A DNA stretch of 64,000 nucleotides from a virus (IMGVR_UViG_3300020045_002727:10136-74135); one strand, 5' to 3'. Shown: positions 1 to 10,776, counted from the stretch's first letter. Made by a program: numbers and translations. The notes: generated by a model from the sequence alone, not told the origin.

Positions 1-534
1 AGTGATGGAACTGCGTTAGTTTATTTTCTTGTGTTAGGACATTATGACACTCAACCGAAAGGAACTCAAACATTAAAGAAAGCTACAGATACAATTAAGA
101 TTTTACCAGAAGTTGTAAGGGATTACATCGAGGATAATTTTGATTTAGAAGCTAAGAGTACAGTGTTTGTTGAACCAACGGTTCAAGAGATTGAAGATTT
201 TGCTACATCGGTTGGATTTTCTGTAGATGGTCAAACTATCTTAGATTATTACAGGGGTCGAGCAGAATTTTACCGTAAGAAAGTAGGCTGGTGGGATGGT
301 AAAGGTAAACAAGTAATAGACTGGAAAAGAAAAGTTAGGAACGTCTGGTGTAAAGATTCAAATAAATTGAAAGAGAACCCAGATGCACCCGAAGGATTGA
401 AGTACTTCCATGTGATGATTGCTGGGAAGCAAGTTTATCCAGATTATTGGAAGGAAGGTAAGCCTTATTCAAGGAGTGGTATCATAGAAACAACAGAACT
501 ACAAGAAGCGTATGAAAGAAAAAAAATTAGTTAA
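1..534 (+). CDS. Replication-initiator-like protein, C-terminal part (5'-truncated by window)
   Basis: Frame is open from base 1. FVEPTVQEI...LDYY...GW...KQVIDWKRKVRNVW resembles the C-terminal domain of Bacteroidota phage replication proteins; lies just upstream of primase-helicase. Confidence 0.5.
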   Translation, partial: SDGTALVYFLVLGHYDTQPKGTQTLKKATDTIKILPEVVRDYIEDNFDLEAKSTVFVEPTVQEIEDFATSVGFSVDGQTILDYYRGRAEFYRKKVGWWDGKGKQVIDWKRKVRNVWCKDSNKLKENPDAPEGLKYFHVMIAGKQVYPDYWKEGKPYSRSGIIETTELQEAYERKKIS

Positions 535-2425
535 TGATTACGTATCATTCGGTCTAAATCCAATACCGTTAGATGGTAAGATTCCATTAATAAAAGGATG
601 GGAGAAAGAGAGGACTAAAGATGAACTAACTAAGAACTCATACAGGGATATTGGAGTTTGTACTGGAATTGTTTCGGAGGGTTTAGAAGCTATCGATTTC
701 GATTTGAAATACGCTGATGAACCACAGAAGTTATTAAACGAGTGGAAGAAGAAAGTAGGTAGTGAAATACTGAAAAAGTTAGTGGTACAGAAGACCGTGA
801 ATAACGGTTACCACTTCATCTACAGATGTCAGCAGATTGAAGGGAATAAAATTTTAGCCAAGAATTTAAAAGACGAGGTTTTAATTGAAACTAGGGGTGA
901 GGGAGGATTTATTAAAGTTTTCCCATCAGAAGGTTATGAGATGGTTCAAGGGTCATTTGATTCTATACCAATTATAACACCATCGGAAAGGAATAAAATG
1001 TTTGTTTCGGCTTACATGTTAGACCAGAAGATGAAAGCATCTGCTAAGATTAAACGAACCTCTGAAAAGTTTGGTAAATTCCCTAAATATGACTCTGACC
1101 CAGAAATAGGTTTAGCATTACTGGAGAAACATGGTTGGAAAATCATGAAAGAGACAGCAGACTGGATTGAACTACAGAGACCTGATAAAGATGATGGTCT
1201 ATCTGGTGGTTATAATTTAGAAGGGAATTTCTTATTCGTGCATTCAACATCAACATGCTTTAGACAACAACATCCTTATAACAATTATGCAATATTTGCA
1301 GAGCTTGAATGCGCTGGAGACTATTCAGAAGCATATAAGAAATTAAATGAGATGGGTTTTGGTGATGGTAAATACGCATCAAAATCAGGTAGGTCAGCAA
1401 AGTCAATTCAAATTGCTGCTAAAGCACAAGAGGAGTTAGAGAATAGTATTGAGGATTTGACATTCGTATCAACTCGTGAGGAAGAGGTTGAATTTTTAAG
1501 GCGTTCTGTTGAAAACAAAATTCCTGTAGGTTTAACAACTGGTTGGAAAGATTTAGATGAATATTTTAGGTTTAAACAAAACTCATTTAACATGGGTATT
1601 GGTTATGATGGTGTAGGTAAATCTGTATTAATGTTATCATTGGCTGCGGCTTCAAACTTACTACATGACTGGAAGTGGGGGATGGTTTTACCAGAGAACA
1701 GAACAGCCATGAGTAGGAGGAGATTAATTGAGTGTATGTCTGGGAAGACTATAGACCAATTTCAAAATGCACCAAAAGAATATAACAAGTATTTAGATAA
1801 AGCTATGAATGATTTTCATATTGTAGCTAATCGTCACCATTATAGTTTGAAAGATGCCATTGAAATGGGTAAGAAGTTGTATGAACACTACGGTATTAAT
1901 GCATTACTAATCGACCCATGGAACTTCTTTAAATCTGGTGGTAAAGACACCTACAGCTGGAATAATGAAATCTTATCAGAGTTAAGGGTCTTCGCTGAAC
2001 AGTATTGTTCTGTCTATGTGATGGCACACCCGTCATCCGAGAGTCCTAGAAAGAATGTTGATGAAAGTGGCTACTTGAAAGCACCAAGGTCTTATGACAT
2101 TCAAGGGGGTGCGGATTTCCCGTATCGAGTTGATGATTTCTTCGTGTTTCACCGTATTCTTAATCATCCTAGTAAGGAAGTACAAAGAACTATGCAGTTT
2201 ATTGTACACAAGGTTAAGGAGGTAGAGACAGGTGGTAAGAGACACACACTTGGTGAATATACTGCATTACGCTGGATGGAGAAAGATGGATTCCTAGGAT
2301 ATTGGGATGAACACAATAACAATCCAATGTATAGTAGTTTAAATAAAGGTTTAAAAAGTAACGGTTTGGTGACTGATGCAACTGATTATGAGTTCATTAA
2401 GAAAAATCCATCCTCAATATTTTAA
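512..2425 (+). CDS. Primase-polymerase / DnaB-like helicase fusion
   Basis: N-terminal Prim-Pol motifs (IDFDLK, GYHFIYRC, IETRGEGG); C-terminal SF4 helicase with Walker A GYDGVGKS and LLIDPWN. Confidence 0.9.
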   Translation: MKEKKLVNDYVSFGLNPIPLDGKIPLIKGWEKERTKDELTKNSYRDIGVCTGIVSEGLEAIDFDLKYADEPQKLLNEWKKKVGSEILKKLVVQKTVNNGYHFIYRCQQIEGNKILAKNLKDEVLIETRGEGGFIKVFPSEGYEMVQGSFDSIPIITPSERNKMFVSAYMLDQKMKASAKIKRTSEKFGKFPKYDSDPEIGLALLEKHGWKIMKETADWIELQRPDKDDGLSGGYNLEGNFLFVHSTSTCFRQQHPYNNYAIFAELECAGDYSEAYKKLNEMGFGDGKYASKSGRSAKSIQIAAKAQEELENSIEDLTFVSTREEEVEFLRRSVENKIPVGLTTGWKDLDEYFRFKQNSFNMGIGYDGVGKSVLMLSLAAASNLLHDWKWGMVLPENRTAMSRRRLIECMSGKTIDQFQNAPKEYNKYLDKAMNDFHIVANRHHYSLKDAIEMGKKLYEHYGINALLIDPWNFFKSGGKDTYSWNNEILSELRVFAEQYCSVYVMAHPSSESPRKNVDESGYLKAPRSYDIQGGADFPYRVDDFFVFHRILNHPSKEVQRTMQFIVHKVKEVETGGKRHTLGEYTALRWMEKDGFLGYWDEHNNNPMYSSLNKGLKSNGLVTDATDYEFIKKNPSSIF

Positions 2426-2426
2426 T

Positions 2427-2798
2427 ATGAAAAGACAAGACATAAAAGTTCTAGGGATTGATTTCGATGGAACTATCGTTGAAGAGAATTACCCTAAAAT
2501 AGGTGAGCTTCGAGAGGATGCCAAATACTACATCAACGAGTTGTATGATGAAGGATTCAAGATTATAATCAACACATGCCGTTCTGGACAATTTGCAGCT
2601 GATGCTAGAGACTTTCTCATTAAGAATGGTATAAAGTATCACGCATTCAATGAAAACCTCCCAGAACTCGTTAAAATGTATAATGCAGATTGCAGGAAAA
2701 TATCTGCTGATTTGTACATTGATGACAGGAATTTAGGTGGGTTGCCAGATACTTGGGAAGAAATTTATAATTTAATAATTAAAAAGTTTGATAAATGA
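2427..2798 (+). CDS. HAD-superfamily phosphatase
   Basis: IDFDGT motif I, INTCR, ADLYIDDR. Start moved to ATG 2427, just after the upstream stop. Confidence 0.85.
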   Translation: MKRQDIKVLGIDFDGTIVEENYPKIGELREDAKYYINELYDEGFKIIINTCRSGQFAADARDFLIKNGIKYHAFNENLPELVKMYNADCRKISADLYIDDRNLGGLPDTWEEIYNLIIKKFDK

Positions 2799-3418
2799 AA
2801 TTAAGGGAAAATATATTTGTTAAGAGTAAACCAGAAGTTACTCAAAGATTGAAAGAAATTTTTAGTAGTTCTGAATATGGAACTGGAGGTTTTAATTTTA
2901 ACGACTACGAGGACACAATGGCGTACGGAATATATAATGGGATGGTTCATGCTTGTTGGGATGGACACACTTTTAAAGATATAGTTCTAACAGACAATCC
3001 AGAAGATTTGATTGAGAAAGACCAGCCTGAAATAATAGGACATGATTCACCAGCTCCAGCTATGCGCCAGTTTGAATCAGGTGCTACTCGCAATCTTGAT
3101 GAAAATAAGCTAGACTTTGAAGGATTTTTATCACCATTAGTGTTGGAAAGATTTGCAGAGTACATGCACACTCACAGATTACAAGCTGACGGTAAGTTAC
3201 GTGATAGTGACAACTGGCAGCGTGGAATCCCCGTTGATGCTTACATGAAGTCGATGTGGAGACACTTTTTTGACGTTTGGAAAGGTCATAGGGGACTTGA
3301 AACACCAGAGGATAAAATTACAAATCTTTGTGCATTGATGTTCAATGTTCAAGGGATGTTGCATGAATTAATTAAAGTAGATGAAAAAAGAAAACTGGAA
3401 GAAAACAATTCACAGTGA
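2795..3418 (+). CDS. dATP/dGTP diphosphohydrolase-like (DUF5664-type) domain with N-terminal extension
   Basis: RQFESGATR...KLDFEGFLSP...RDSDNWQRGIP...KSMWRHF in the C-terminal half. Confidence 0.75.
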   Translation: MKLRENIFVKSKPEVTQRLKEIFSSSEYGTGGFNFNDYEDTMAYGIYNGMVHACWDGHTFKDIVLTDNPEDLIEKDQPEIIGHDSPAPAMRQFESGATRNLDENKLDFEGFLSPLVLERFAEYMHTHRLQADGKLRDSDNWQRGIPVDAYMKSMWRHFFDVWKGHRGLETPEDKITNLCALMFNVQGMLHELIKVDEKRKLEENNSQ

Positions 3419-3875
3419 TGATTATGAAGTAAGTGATTTAGGTAGAGTTAGAAGTTTTAGAGTTGATAAAATTAACGGTAGGATATTAAGAACAAGAATA
3501 AATGAAAATGGTTATGTATTAGTCGAATTATACATAACAGGTCATAAGAGGATAACTAAGAAAGTTCATCAACTTGTAGCAGAATCATTTCTTAATCATA
3601 TAGTTGGTAAAAGTAATGTAGTCAATCATAAAGATTTTAACAGGCAAAATAACAGATTAATCAATTTAGAATTAACAACTCAAAGAGAAAATACTAATCG
3701 AAAACATCTTAAAAGTTCATCTCAATATGTTGGAGTTACTTGGGACAAAGGTGGTAAAAAATGGAGAGCTGCTATAAGAATAAACAATAAAACACTACAT
3801 TTAGGAAGTTTTATAAATGAATTAGATGCAAGTGTAGCATATCAAAATAAATTAACAGAATTAAATAAAAAATAA
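3381..3875 (+). CDS. NUMOD4-HNH-AP2 homing endonuclease
   Basis: YEVSDLGRVRS (NUMOD4), VHQLVA...VVNHKDFNRQNNRLINLE (HNH), YVGVTWDKGGKKWRAAI (AP2). Confidence 0.9.
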   Translation: MKKENWKKTIHSDDYEVSDLGRVRSFRVDKINGRILRTRINENGYVLVELYITGHKRITKKVHQLVAESFLNHIVGKSNVVNHKDFNRQNNRLINLELTTQRENTNRKHLKSSSQYVGVTWDKGGKKWRAAIRINNKTLHLGSFINELDASVAYQNKLTELNKK

Positions 3876-5437
3876 TGGAACAACCAAAAGAAATCGCATT
3901 CGGAGACGATGCAAGAAAAGGATTAAAGAATGGTGTTGACTTATTAGCCAACGCTGTAAAAGTAACACTTGGAAGTAAGGGACGTTTCGTAGTATTCAAT
4001 GGTAAAGATGATAAGGCACATGCAACCAAGGATGGTGTAACAATTGCAAAACAAGTTACATCACTAGACCCTATTGAAACATTAGGGATAAAAATGATTC
4101 GTGAAGCAGCCGAGGAAGCCGCCAGAGAATCTGAGGATGGTACGACTACAGCAACGGTTTTAACACAAGCTATTGTAGCTGAGGGTTATAAATTGATTAC
4201 AGCTGGTGCTAATCCAATTGATGTTAAACGTGGTATTGATAAAGCAGTCATAGAGGTTGTTAGGTTTTTAAAGTCAATGTCGAAAGAAATTGATTTGAAT
4301 GATTCAGATGTTCTAAAAATTGCAACATTATCAGCCAACGGTGAGAAAGAAATCGGTCAATTAGTTTACGATGCATTCTTGAAAGTTGGTGAGAAAGGAA
4401 TTGTTACAGCTGAATATTCAGAGGATGCAAGTACTTATATTGATGTTGTAGAAGGTATTAAAATTGAAAGGGGTTTTGCTAATCCTTATTTCATCACCAA
4501 TCCAGCAACAAAAGAAGCAATTTTAGAAGAGCCTAGAATTTTACTTTATGATGATAAAATTACATCATTTAAGGAATTAATCCCTATTTTAGGTCAAGTT
4601 GGTGAGGCTGGTTTATCTGTATTGGTTATGGCTAATGATTTTGACCCAGAAGTTGTAGCTACAGTTGCAACAAATAAATTACAAGGTCGTCTTAAAATCT
4701 CAATGATTAAAACACCGAACTTTGGTGAGTTGAATAGGGAGATTCTTGATGATGTGGCTAAAGCTACAGGTAGTAAGGTCATATCTAAAAAAGGTGGTGA
4801 TTCATTAGAAACCATGACACTAGAGGATTTAGGTGAAGCCACTAAGGTGATTTCAAACTACACTGAAACAGTAATCATCGGTGGTAAAAATGACCCAGCT
4901 GAACTAAAAGAATACATTGACTTCTTGAACGCTATTGAAGGAGACCCTTATTCTAAGGAGAGAGTTGCACGATTGATGGGTGGAATTGCTGTAATTTACG
5001 TTGGTGCTATGACCGATGTGGAGATGAAAGAGAAGAAAGACCGTGTTGATGATGCTATTGGAGCAATTAAATCAGCTGTATCAGAAGGAATTTTAGTTGG
5101 TGGTGGTTCTACGTTAGTTAGGGCAGCTCAGGCTATTACAGTGCCTAATATAGCTAATTATGATGAAGAGCTTGGTGTAGGTCTTGTTAAGAGAGCTATT
5201 CAAGTTCCATTGAAGACTATTGTTAGCAATGCTGGACAATCTGGTGAAGTTGCTTTGTATTTAGTTACTGGTAATCCACTTTACAGTATGGGTTACGATG
5301 TTCGTACAGGTGGACTTGTTGATATGTTTGATACAGGTGTATTAGACCCTACAAAAGTTACTAGAATTGCATTGGAGACAGCGGCTTCGGTAGCTGGTGT
5401 TATATTGACAACAGATTGTGTATTAGGTAATTATTAA
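3875..5437 (+). CDS. groEL: Chaperonin GroEL (Cpn60)
   Basis: AVKVTLGSKGR, TKDGVTIAK, DGTTTATVL, KKDRVDDA, GILVGGG, GVLDPTKV; no GGM tail. Confidence 0.97.
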   Translation: MEQPKEIAFGDDARKGLKNGVDLLANAVKVTLGSKGRFVVFNGKDDKAHATKDGVTIAKQVTSLDPIETLGIKMIREAAEEAARESEDGTTTATVLTQAIVAEGYKLITAGANPIDVKRGIDKAVIEVVRFLKSMSKEIDLNDSDVLKIATLSANGEKEIGQLVYDAFLKVGEKGIVTAEYSEDASTYIDVVEGIKIERGFANPYFITNPATKEAILEEPRILLYDDKITSFKELIPILGQVGEAGLSVLVMANDFDPEVVATVATNKLQGRLKISMIKTPNFGELNREILDDVAKATGSKVISKKGGDSLETMTLEDLGEATKVISNYTETVIIGGKNDPAELKEYIDFLNAIEGDPYSKERVARLMGGIAVIYVGAMTDVEMKEKKDRVDDAIGAIKSAVSEGILVGGGSTLVRAAQAITVPNIANYDEELGVGLVKRAIQVPLKTIVSNAGQSGEVALYLVTGNPLYSMGYDVRTGGLVDMFDTGVLDPTKVTRIALETAASVAGVILTTDCVLGNY

Positions 5438-5439
5438 AA

Positions 5440-7512
5440 ATGGAGTCAAAGTTAATAGAAGACAAAGGAGTTTGGTTTTACGATATTGAAACCTTAAAAA
5501 ATTGTTTCACTTATACAGGTATTAACAGGGATACAAAAGAAGTGGTTACATTCGTGGTTTGTAACAACGTTAACCAATTGGAAGAGTTTTACGAGCATCT
5601 AAGTAAATGTAAAGGTCAGATTGGATTTAACAACCTTAACTTTGACTACCCTGTTATCCACAGTATAATTGAAGAGAGACGAGATTTGATTAAACAGACA
5701 ACAGATGAAGTTACAGCTTTCATTTATGATTTAGCTCAGGAAACAATTAAAACAGCGTTCCCAGCAATTCATGATAACGATGTGATAATTCCTCAGTTGG
5801 ATTTATTTAAAATCTGGCATTTTGATAACAAGGCAAGGATGACAAGTTTGAAGAAACTTGAAATAGCTATGAACTTTCCAAACGTTCAGGATATGCCTTA
5901 TAAACATTATGAAGAGATTAAATCTGTTGACCAGATAAAAGAAATCCTCGATTATAACATTAATGATGTTGAGGCTACAGCAGTTTTCTATGAAAAAACT
6001 ATTGAGAAATTAGACTTACGTAGAGGTTTACTTGAAAAGTATGGACTGAAATGTATGAATTATTCTGATAGTAAGATTGGTGAACAGCTGATGTTGAAGT
6101 TATACTGTAAACACACTAATAGTTCTGAACGTATTGTAAAAAATATGAGGACTAAGAGGAATAGCTTTAAATTTGCAGAATGTATCCCAGATTATGTCAA
6201 GTTTGAGACACCAGAATTTAATGGTTTACTTGACTACTTGAAAGGGATTAATGTAAGTACTTTAAAGGAATCTTTCAAATATAGTTTTGAGTATCGAGGA
6301 TTCACTTTTGATTTAGGTACTGGTGGAATCCACGGATGTATCAAAGAGGGCGTTTATAATGCTACAGAGGACGAATGTATTACTGATGCTGACGTTTCCT
6401 CTTTATATCCAAGTTTAGCTGTTACGTTGAATTTATACCCAGAACATTTAGGGGATTCATTCGCATCAATTTATGAAAACGGTATTGTTAAACCAAGGTT
6501 AGAAGCCAAAAAGAATGGTGATAAAGTTATGGCAGATGGATTCAAATTATCTGCCAATAGTGTTTACGGTAAATCGAATAGTGAGTACAGTTTCTTGTAC
6601 GACCCATTATATACGATTAAGACTACACTTTCAGGGCAACTTGTATTGTGTATGTTATCTGAAATGTTGATGACAAGAGTTCCAAATCTAAAAATGCTAC
6701 AGATTAATACAGACGGTTTAACCGTTCAAATGCCTGTAGAACATAAAAGATTATACTGGGAAATTTGTAAAGAGTGGGAGGCAATTACACGATTAGGATT
6801 AGAATATGTAGCGTATGATAAAATGATTATACGAGATGTTAACAATTACATCGCTGTAGATAAGAAAGGGAAAGTCAAATACAAAGGGACATTCAAACCC
6901 AATGCTGAAATGATTAAAGATGGTGAATACCAGAAATCATTCTCACAAGGGATTGTAGCCATAGCAATATCTGATTTCTTCCTGAAAAAAATCCCAGTTG
7001 AAGAGACAATTAAGAAACACACTAATATTTATGACTTCTGTAAAACATTCAATGCATCCCATGGATGGATTTGTGAGACAGTTGATTACAAAAATAATGG
7101 TGATGAGTTTAACAGGCAAGAAGAACAAAAAACAAACAGGTATTACATCTCTACAGATGGTAAGACTTTCATTAAAACGAAAGATGAAAAGAAGATAGAG
7201 ATTGAATCTGGAAAACTGGTAACACTACTCAATAAATATGAAGAAATGGATATTCGTAAACGTAGAATCGATTATGATTATTACATTAATGAATGTTACA
7301 AGATTATTCATAGAATTGATGGAACAACAGAAAGGATTGAACATTTAGCTAAACTTCAAAGAGAAGAGGCTAAACGAGACAAAGAGAGGGAGGATTACTT
7401 CGCTTATTGTTTAAACAAAGTCCCTACTGAAAAACAGTTTGAGAAATACGGTAAAGAATGGCTTGTTGAAGAATATGGTAAACCACCAATAATTAAACCT
7501 AGTAGAAAATGA
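5440..7512 (+). CDS. polB: Family B DNA polymerase (crAss-like type)
   Basis: Exonuclease YDIET and GFNNLNFD; polymerase DVSSLYPS, KLSANSVYGK, INTDG. Confidence 0.93.
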   Translation: MESKLIEDKGVWFYDIETLKNCFTYTGINRDTKEVVTFVVCNNVNQLEEFYEHLSKCKGQIGFNNLNFDYPVIHSIIEERRDLIKQTTDEVTAFIYDLAQETIKTAFPAIHDNDVIIPQLDLFKIWHFDNKARMTSLKKLEIAMNFPNVQDMPYKHYEEIKSVDQIKEILDYNINDVEATAVFYEKTIEKLDLRRGLLEKYGLKCMNYSDSKIGEQLMLKLYCKHTNSSERIVKNMRTKRNSFKFAECIPDYVKFETPEFNGLLDYLKGINVSTLKESFKYSFEYRGFTFDLGTGGIHGCIKEGVYNATEDECITDADVSSLYPSLAVTLNLYPEHLGDSFASIYENGIVKPRLEAKKNGDKVMADGFKLSANSVYGKSNSEYSFLYDPLYTIKTTLSGQLVLCMLSEMLMTRVPNLKMLQINTDGLTVQMPVEHKRLYWEICKEWEAITRLGLEYVAYDKMIIRDVNNYIAVDKKGKVKYKGTFKPNAEMIKDGEYQKSFSQGIVAIAISDFFLKKIPVEETIKKHTNIYDFCKTFNASHGWICETVDYKNNGDEFNRQEEQKTNRYYISTDGKTFIKTKDEKKIEIESGKLVTLLNKYEEMDIRKRRIDYDYYINECYKIIHRIDGTTERIEHLAKLQREEAKRDKEREDYFAYCLNKVPTEKQFEKYGKEWLVEEYGKPPIIKPSRK

Positions 7513-8630
7513 TATTAGATAAGAAAGAAGGCGAGTTAAGATTTAATTGTGATAGAGATGGACTATATGTCCAAAATCCAATTGCATCTCATTTTGTATT
7601 GGTTGAAAAGTATGGTTATGAATCATGCTATGTATCAGATTCTAGGGTTAGGGTTTCTAAGGAAAGGCTTAAAACTGATTTTGAAGCAGTTAGTAATTAT
7701 CAATCCATAGATTACACCAAAAAAGACGGGTTCAAAGGTAATTATTTTTTACACAAACACAGGATGTTTGATTTTTATGTGAGGATTCTAATGGATTCTC
7801 ATTATGAAGAGGAGTATATAAATGAAGACTTGGAGACTGTAGGTGAATCATTTAGTAAAGTAGAGAGAATTTACTATAAATCTGGAGGTGATGATTTAGA
7901 ACAAGTCGTGAATTGTATCAATGAATTATTTGATTTCAATTACGATTCAAGCTCAAAGGTCAACATAGTTTTGAAAACAACTACTGGATTTCAGTTTAAA
8001 GAAGTACCGATAAAACCTATGCCTATTGACGTTGATACGATGTACAATGATGATTTCAAGGAGACGTATGAACATTTGGTTAGACATCTTGAATCAAGTA
8101 ATAAAGGTTTAGCATTATTATATGGTGCGGCTGGTACAGGTAAGACTAATCTAATCAGGCATTTAACTACAGTTGTTCCAGATAAGAGATTTGTTTTTAT
8201 TCCTGTAACAATGGTTTCTTCACTTACAGACCCGATGTTCCTATCAACATTGATAGACAACCAAGGTTCGATATTAGTTCTTGAAGATTGTGAAAATTAC
8301 ATAAAGGACAGGAAAGCTGGTGATATTAATAGTGTTGTATCAAGCATTTTAAATATGACTGATGGGATATTATCAGATGTTTTAGGTCTTAAAGTGATTT
8401 GCACATTCAATAGTAAAATTGAAGACATTGATAAAGCATTACTCAGAAGAGGAAGATTAATTTGTGAATATGAATTTAAACCATTAACTGATGATAAGGC
8501 ATCTAAATTGATAACATCCCTAGGGGTTGAATCAAAGGATTCACCTAGAACATTAGCTGATATTTTTAATCAAGCTCCTCCAAGTAGTAGTGCTAAAACA
8601 ACTAAAAAAATAGGTTTTGGCAGTAATTAG
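7509..8630 (+). CDS. AAA+ ATPase
   Basis: Walker A GAAGTGKT, Walker B LVLEDCE, ALLRRGRL arginine finger. Confidence 0.9.
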   Translation: MILDKKEGELRFNCDRDGLYVQNPIASHFVLVEKYGYESCYVSDSRVRVSKERLKTDFEAVSNYQSIDYTKKDGFKGNYFLHKHRMFDFYVRILMDSHYEEEYINEDLETVGESFSKVERIYYKSGGDDLEQVVNCINELFDFNYDSSSKVNIVLKTTTGFQFKEVPIKPMPIDVDTMYNDDFKETYEHLVRHLESSNKGLALLYGAAGTGKTNLIRHLTTVVPDKRFVFIPVTMVSSLTDPMFLSTLIDNQGSILVLEDCENYIKDRKAGDINSVVSSILNMTDGILSDVLGLKVICTFNSKIEDIDKALLRRGRLICEYEFKPLTDDKASKLITSLGVESKDSPRTLADIFNQAPPSSSAKTTKKIGFGSN

Positions 8631-9081
8631 AAAAAAGAAAGTGGGGAGAATGTTAGTCAACGCAACCAAGACAACGGTTGATGGCATTAATTTTGCTTCC
8701 ACACTTGAAAGTACGATGTATAAATTATTGAAGGAAAGTGGTATAGAAGCCGCCTATGAAGGCGAGACATTTGTATTGTTTGAATCAATGATTTATCCAG
8801 AAGAGAGTTGGGAACGTACAAGAAAAACTGACTCTCAAATGTCGGATAAAAGGAAACTCCTACCTATCCGATACACACCAGATTTCGTAGGTGATGGATT
8901 TATAATTGAAGTTAAAGGTAGACCCAATGAAAGTTTCCCTTTACGATGGAAGTTGTTTAAGAAGCACCTGAATAGTATGGAGAACCCTCCAATATTATTC
9001 ATGCCTAAATCGAAATCAGATTGTGAACAGGTTATAACAATCTTAAAATCAAAAGGATATGGACTCGTTAAGAGCAAGTAA
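8617..9081 (+). CDS. PD-(D/E)XK endonuclease (T7 endonuclease I / resolvase-like)
   Basis: DGINFASTLE...YTPDF...IIEVKG. Confidence 0.8.
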   Translation: MAVIRKKKVGRMLVNATKTTVDGINFASTLESTMYKLLKESGIEAAYEGETFVLFESMIYPEESWERTRKTDSQMSDKRKLLPIRYTPDFVGDGFIIEVKGRPNESFPLRWKLFKKHLNSMENPPILFMPKSKSDCEQVITILKSKGYGLVKSK

Positions 9082-9235
9082 TGTATCAAAAATAGTTGAT
9101 GAATACTACAATGATTTAGCTAATATTTATGAGTCGATAGTTGATGAAGATGGTAATGAGATTAAACTCATAGACCAATTAATAACAAAGCTCAAAGTCT
9201 TGAAGTCTAATTTAAACGTTAAGGATGAAATTTAA
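9059..9235 (+). CDS. Small hypothetical protein (58 aa, not in ORF track)
   Basis: ATG 9059 to TAA 9235 fills the gap between two genes with short overlaps at both ends. Confidence 0.6.
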   Translation: MDSLRASNVSKIVDEYYNDLANIYESIVDEDGNEIKLIDQLITKLKVLKSNLNVKDEI

Positions 9236-10238
9236 AAATCTTACGAAAGAGCAATTAGAAACCGTAAAAGAATACAAGAAAAGTAATCCTAATGATTCAA
9301 TCAGTCCTTTCATTGCAGGTTATTTAGGTACAAGTTTTCGTACAGCCGAAAGAATTGCTAGGAAAATGGGGTTAACACGAAAGTATGATAACTCCAAAAG
9401 AGCTGTAAACATTACGGTTGTAGAACCAACAGTTATTAGGGGTGAAACAAAATCACCAGCTAAAGTGTTACTTTATGACATTGAAACATCACCTTTAAAA
9501 AGTTATGTTTGGGGATTATGGGAACAAAACATTGGTCATAACATGTCAATGCTGCAAAATGATTGGTTTATTTTAACATGGTCTGCTAAATGGCTCTTTG
9601 AGAAAGAGACTTTCAGTGATAGGTTAACACCAGCAGAAGTATTCGCAGAGGATGATAAACGTATTGTTCAATCCCTATGGCAGATGATTGAAGAAGCAGA
9701 TGTAGTAATAGCACATAATGGTAAAAAGTTTGATAACAAAAGGATTAACACTCGATTTCTTAAACATGGTATTAAGCAGCCTATGCCTTATCAGACCATT
9801 GACACTCTACTTACAGCAAGAGCTAACTTTAACATATCTTCTAATAAACTTGACTACATTGGTCAATTCTTAGGGGTTGGTAGAAAAGTTGAGACACAAG
9901 GTTTTGAATTGTGGAAGCGTTGTATGGAAGGTGATGAACAAGCGTTGAAAGACATGGAGACGTATAACATTGGTGATGTCACTTTACTGGAAGATGTTTA
10001 CTTGAAATTACGACCATATGTAAAACCACATCCAAACATGGGATTATTTATATCCGAAGATGTTGAATGTTGTCCATCATGCGGTAGTGAAGACCTTGAA
10101 CGTGGTGGGAGTTACGCTACAACAGTTAGTGTGTATGAAGCCATGAGATGTAATAATTGTGGTTCAGTTGGTAGAAGTAGAAAATCTTCAATACCAACAG
10201 GTAGTAAAAAGAAATTAACAGTACCAGCTGGTAGGTAA
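9225..10238 (+). CDS. DnaQ/RNase H-like exonuclease with C-terminal Zn ribbon
   Basis: LYDIETSP, IAHNGKKFD, YNIGDV; CPSC...CNNC. Confidence 0.85.
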   Translation: MKFKNLTKEQLETVKEYKKSNPNDSISPFIAGYLGTSFRTAERIARKMGLTRKYDNSKRAVNITVVEPTVIRGETKSPAKVLLYDIETSPLKSYVWGLWEQNIGHNMSMLQNDWFILTWSAKWLFEKETFSDRLTPAEVFAEDDKRIVQSLWQMIEEADVVIAHNGKKFDNKRINTRFLKHGIKQPMPYQTIDTLLTARANFNISSNKLDYIGQFLGVGRKVETQGFELWKRCMEGDEQALKDMETYNIGDVTLLEDVYLKLRPYVKPHPNMGLFISEDVECCPSCGSEDLERGGSYATTVSVYEAMRCNNCGSVGRSRKSSIPTGSKKKLTVPAGR

Positions 10239-10240
10239 TT

Positions 10241-10486
10241 ATGGAAAAAATATTTGAAGATATTAAAAACGAAAGGTTGAGACAGGATGCTAAATTCGGT
10301 GAGAATCGAGAGCAACATCCAGCCGTCTGGTTGACCATTCTAACAGAAGAAGTTGGTGAGGTAGCACAAGAAATTTGTGATTCTGGATTTGTTGAAGCAA
10401 GTCTTAAAAGTAACTACAGGGATGAATTGGTTCAAGTTGCAGCCGTAGCTGTAGCAGCGATACAAAACTTTGATAAAAACTCATGA
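10241..10486 (+). CDS. MazG-like nucleotide pyrophosphohydrolase
   Basis: LTEEVGEVAQE...RDELVQVAAVA. Confidence 0.8.
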   Translation: MEKIFEDIKNERLRQDAKFGENREQHPAVWLTILTEEVGEVAQEICDSGFVEASLKSNYRDELVQVAAVAVAAIQNFDKNS

Positions 10487-10776
10487 AAGGCAGTTACAAA
10501 ATTTTAGAACAAATGGTGAGGGAAATAAATCTCTCACCACTTGAATATCCAGCAAGACTTGAAAACACAATAACAGATAATCATGAGAAAAAAGATACTA
10601 TTTGTGTTGTACTGTTTGATATGGGTAGTGAACATAATTATATTGTTAAAGATGAAAGAACACTTTCTTGGTACGAATTAGTAAGTAAACAATCTAAAGA
10701 GACATTACTTGATGAGATGTCATTTGAAATCATCAGAAGTTTAATTTTAAATAATAAACATGAAAGTTTTAAATAA
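10483..10776 (+). CDS. Hypothetical protein
   Basis: 97 aa ORF coupled to both neighbours by overlaps. Confidence 0.7.
   Translation: MKGSYKILEQMVREINLSPLEYPARLENTITDNHEKKDTICVVLFDMGSEHNYIVKDERTLSWYELVSKQSKETLLDEMSFEIIRSLILNNKHESFK

Noticed and set aside
2795-3418. 2-aminoadenine (Z) genome
   Set aside because: No purZ-like adenylosuccinate synthetase gene in the window; the diphosphohydrolase alone is insufficient.
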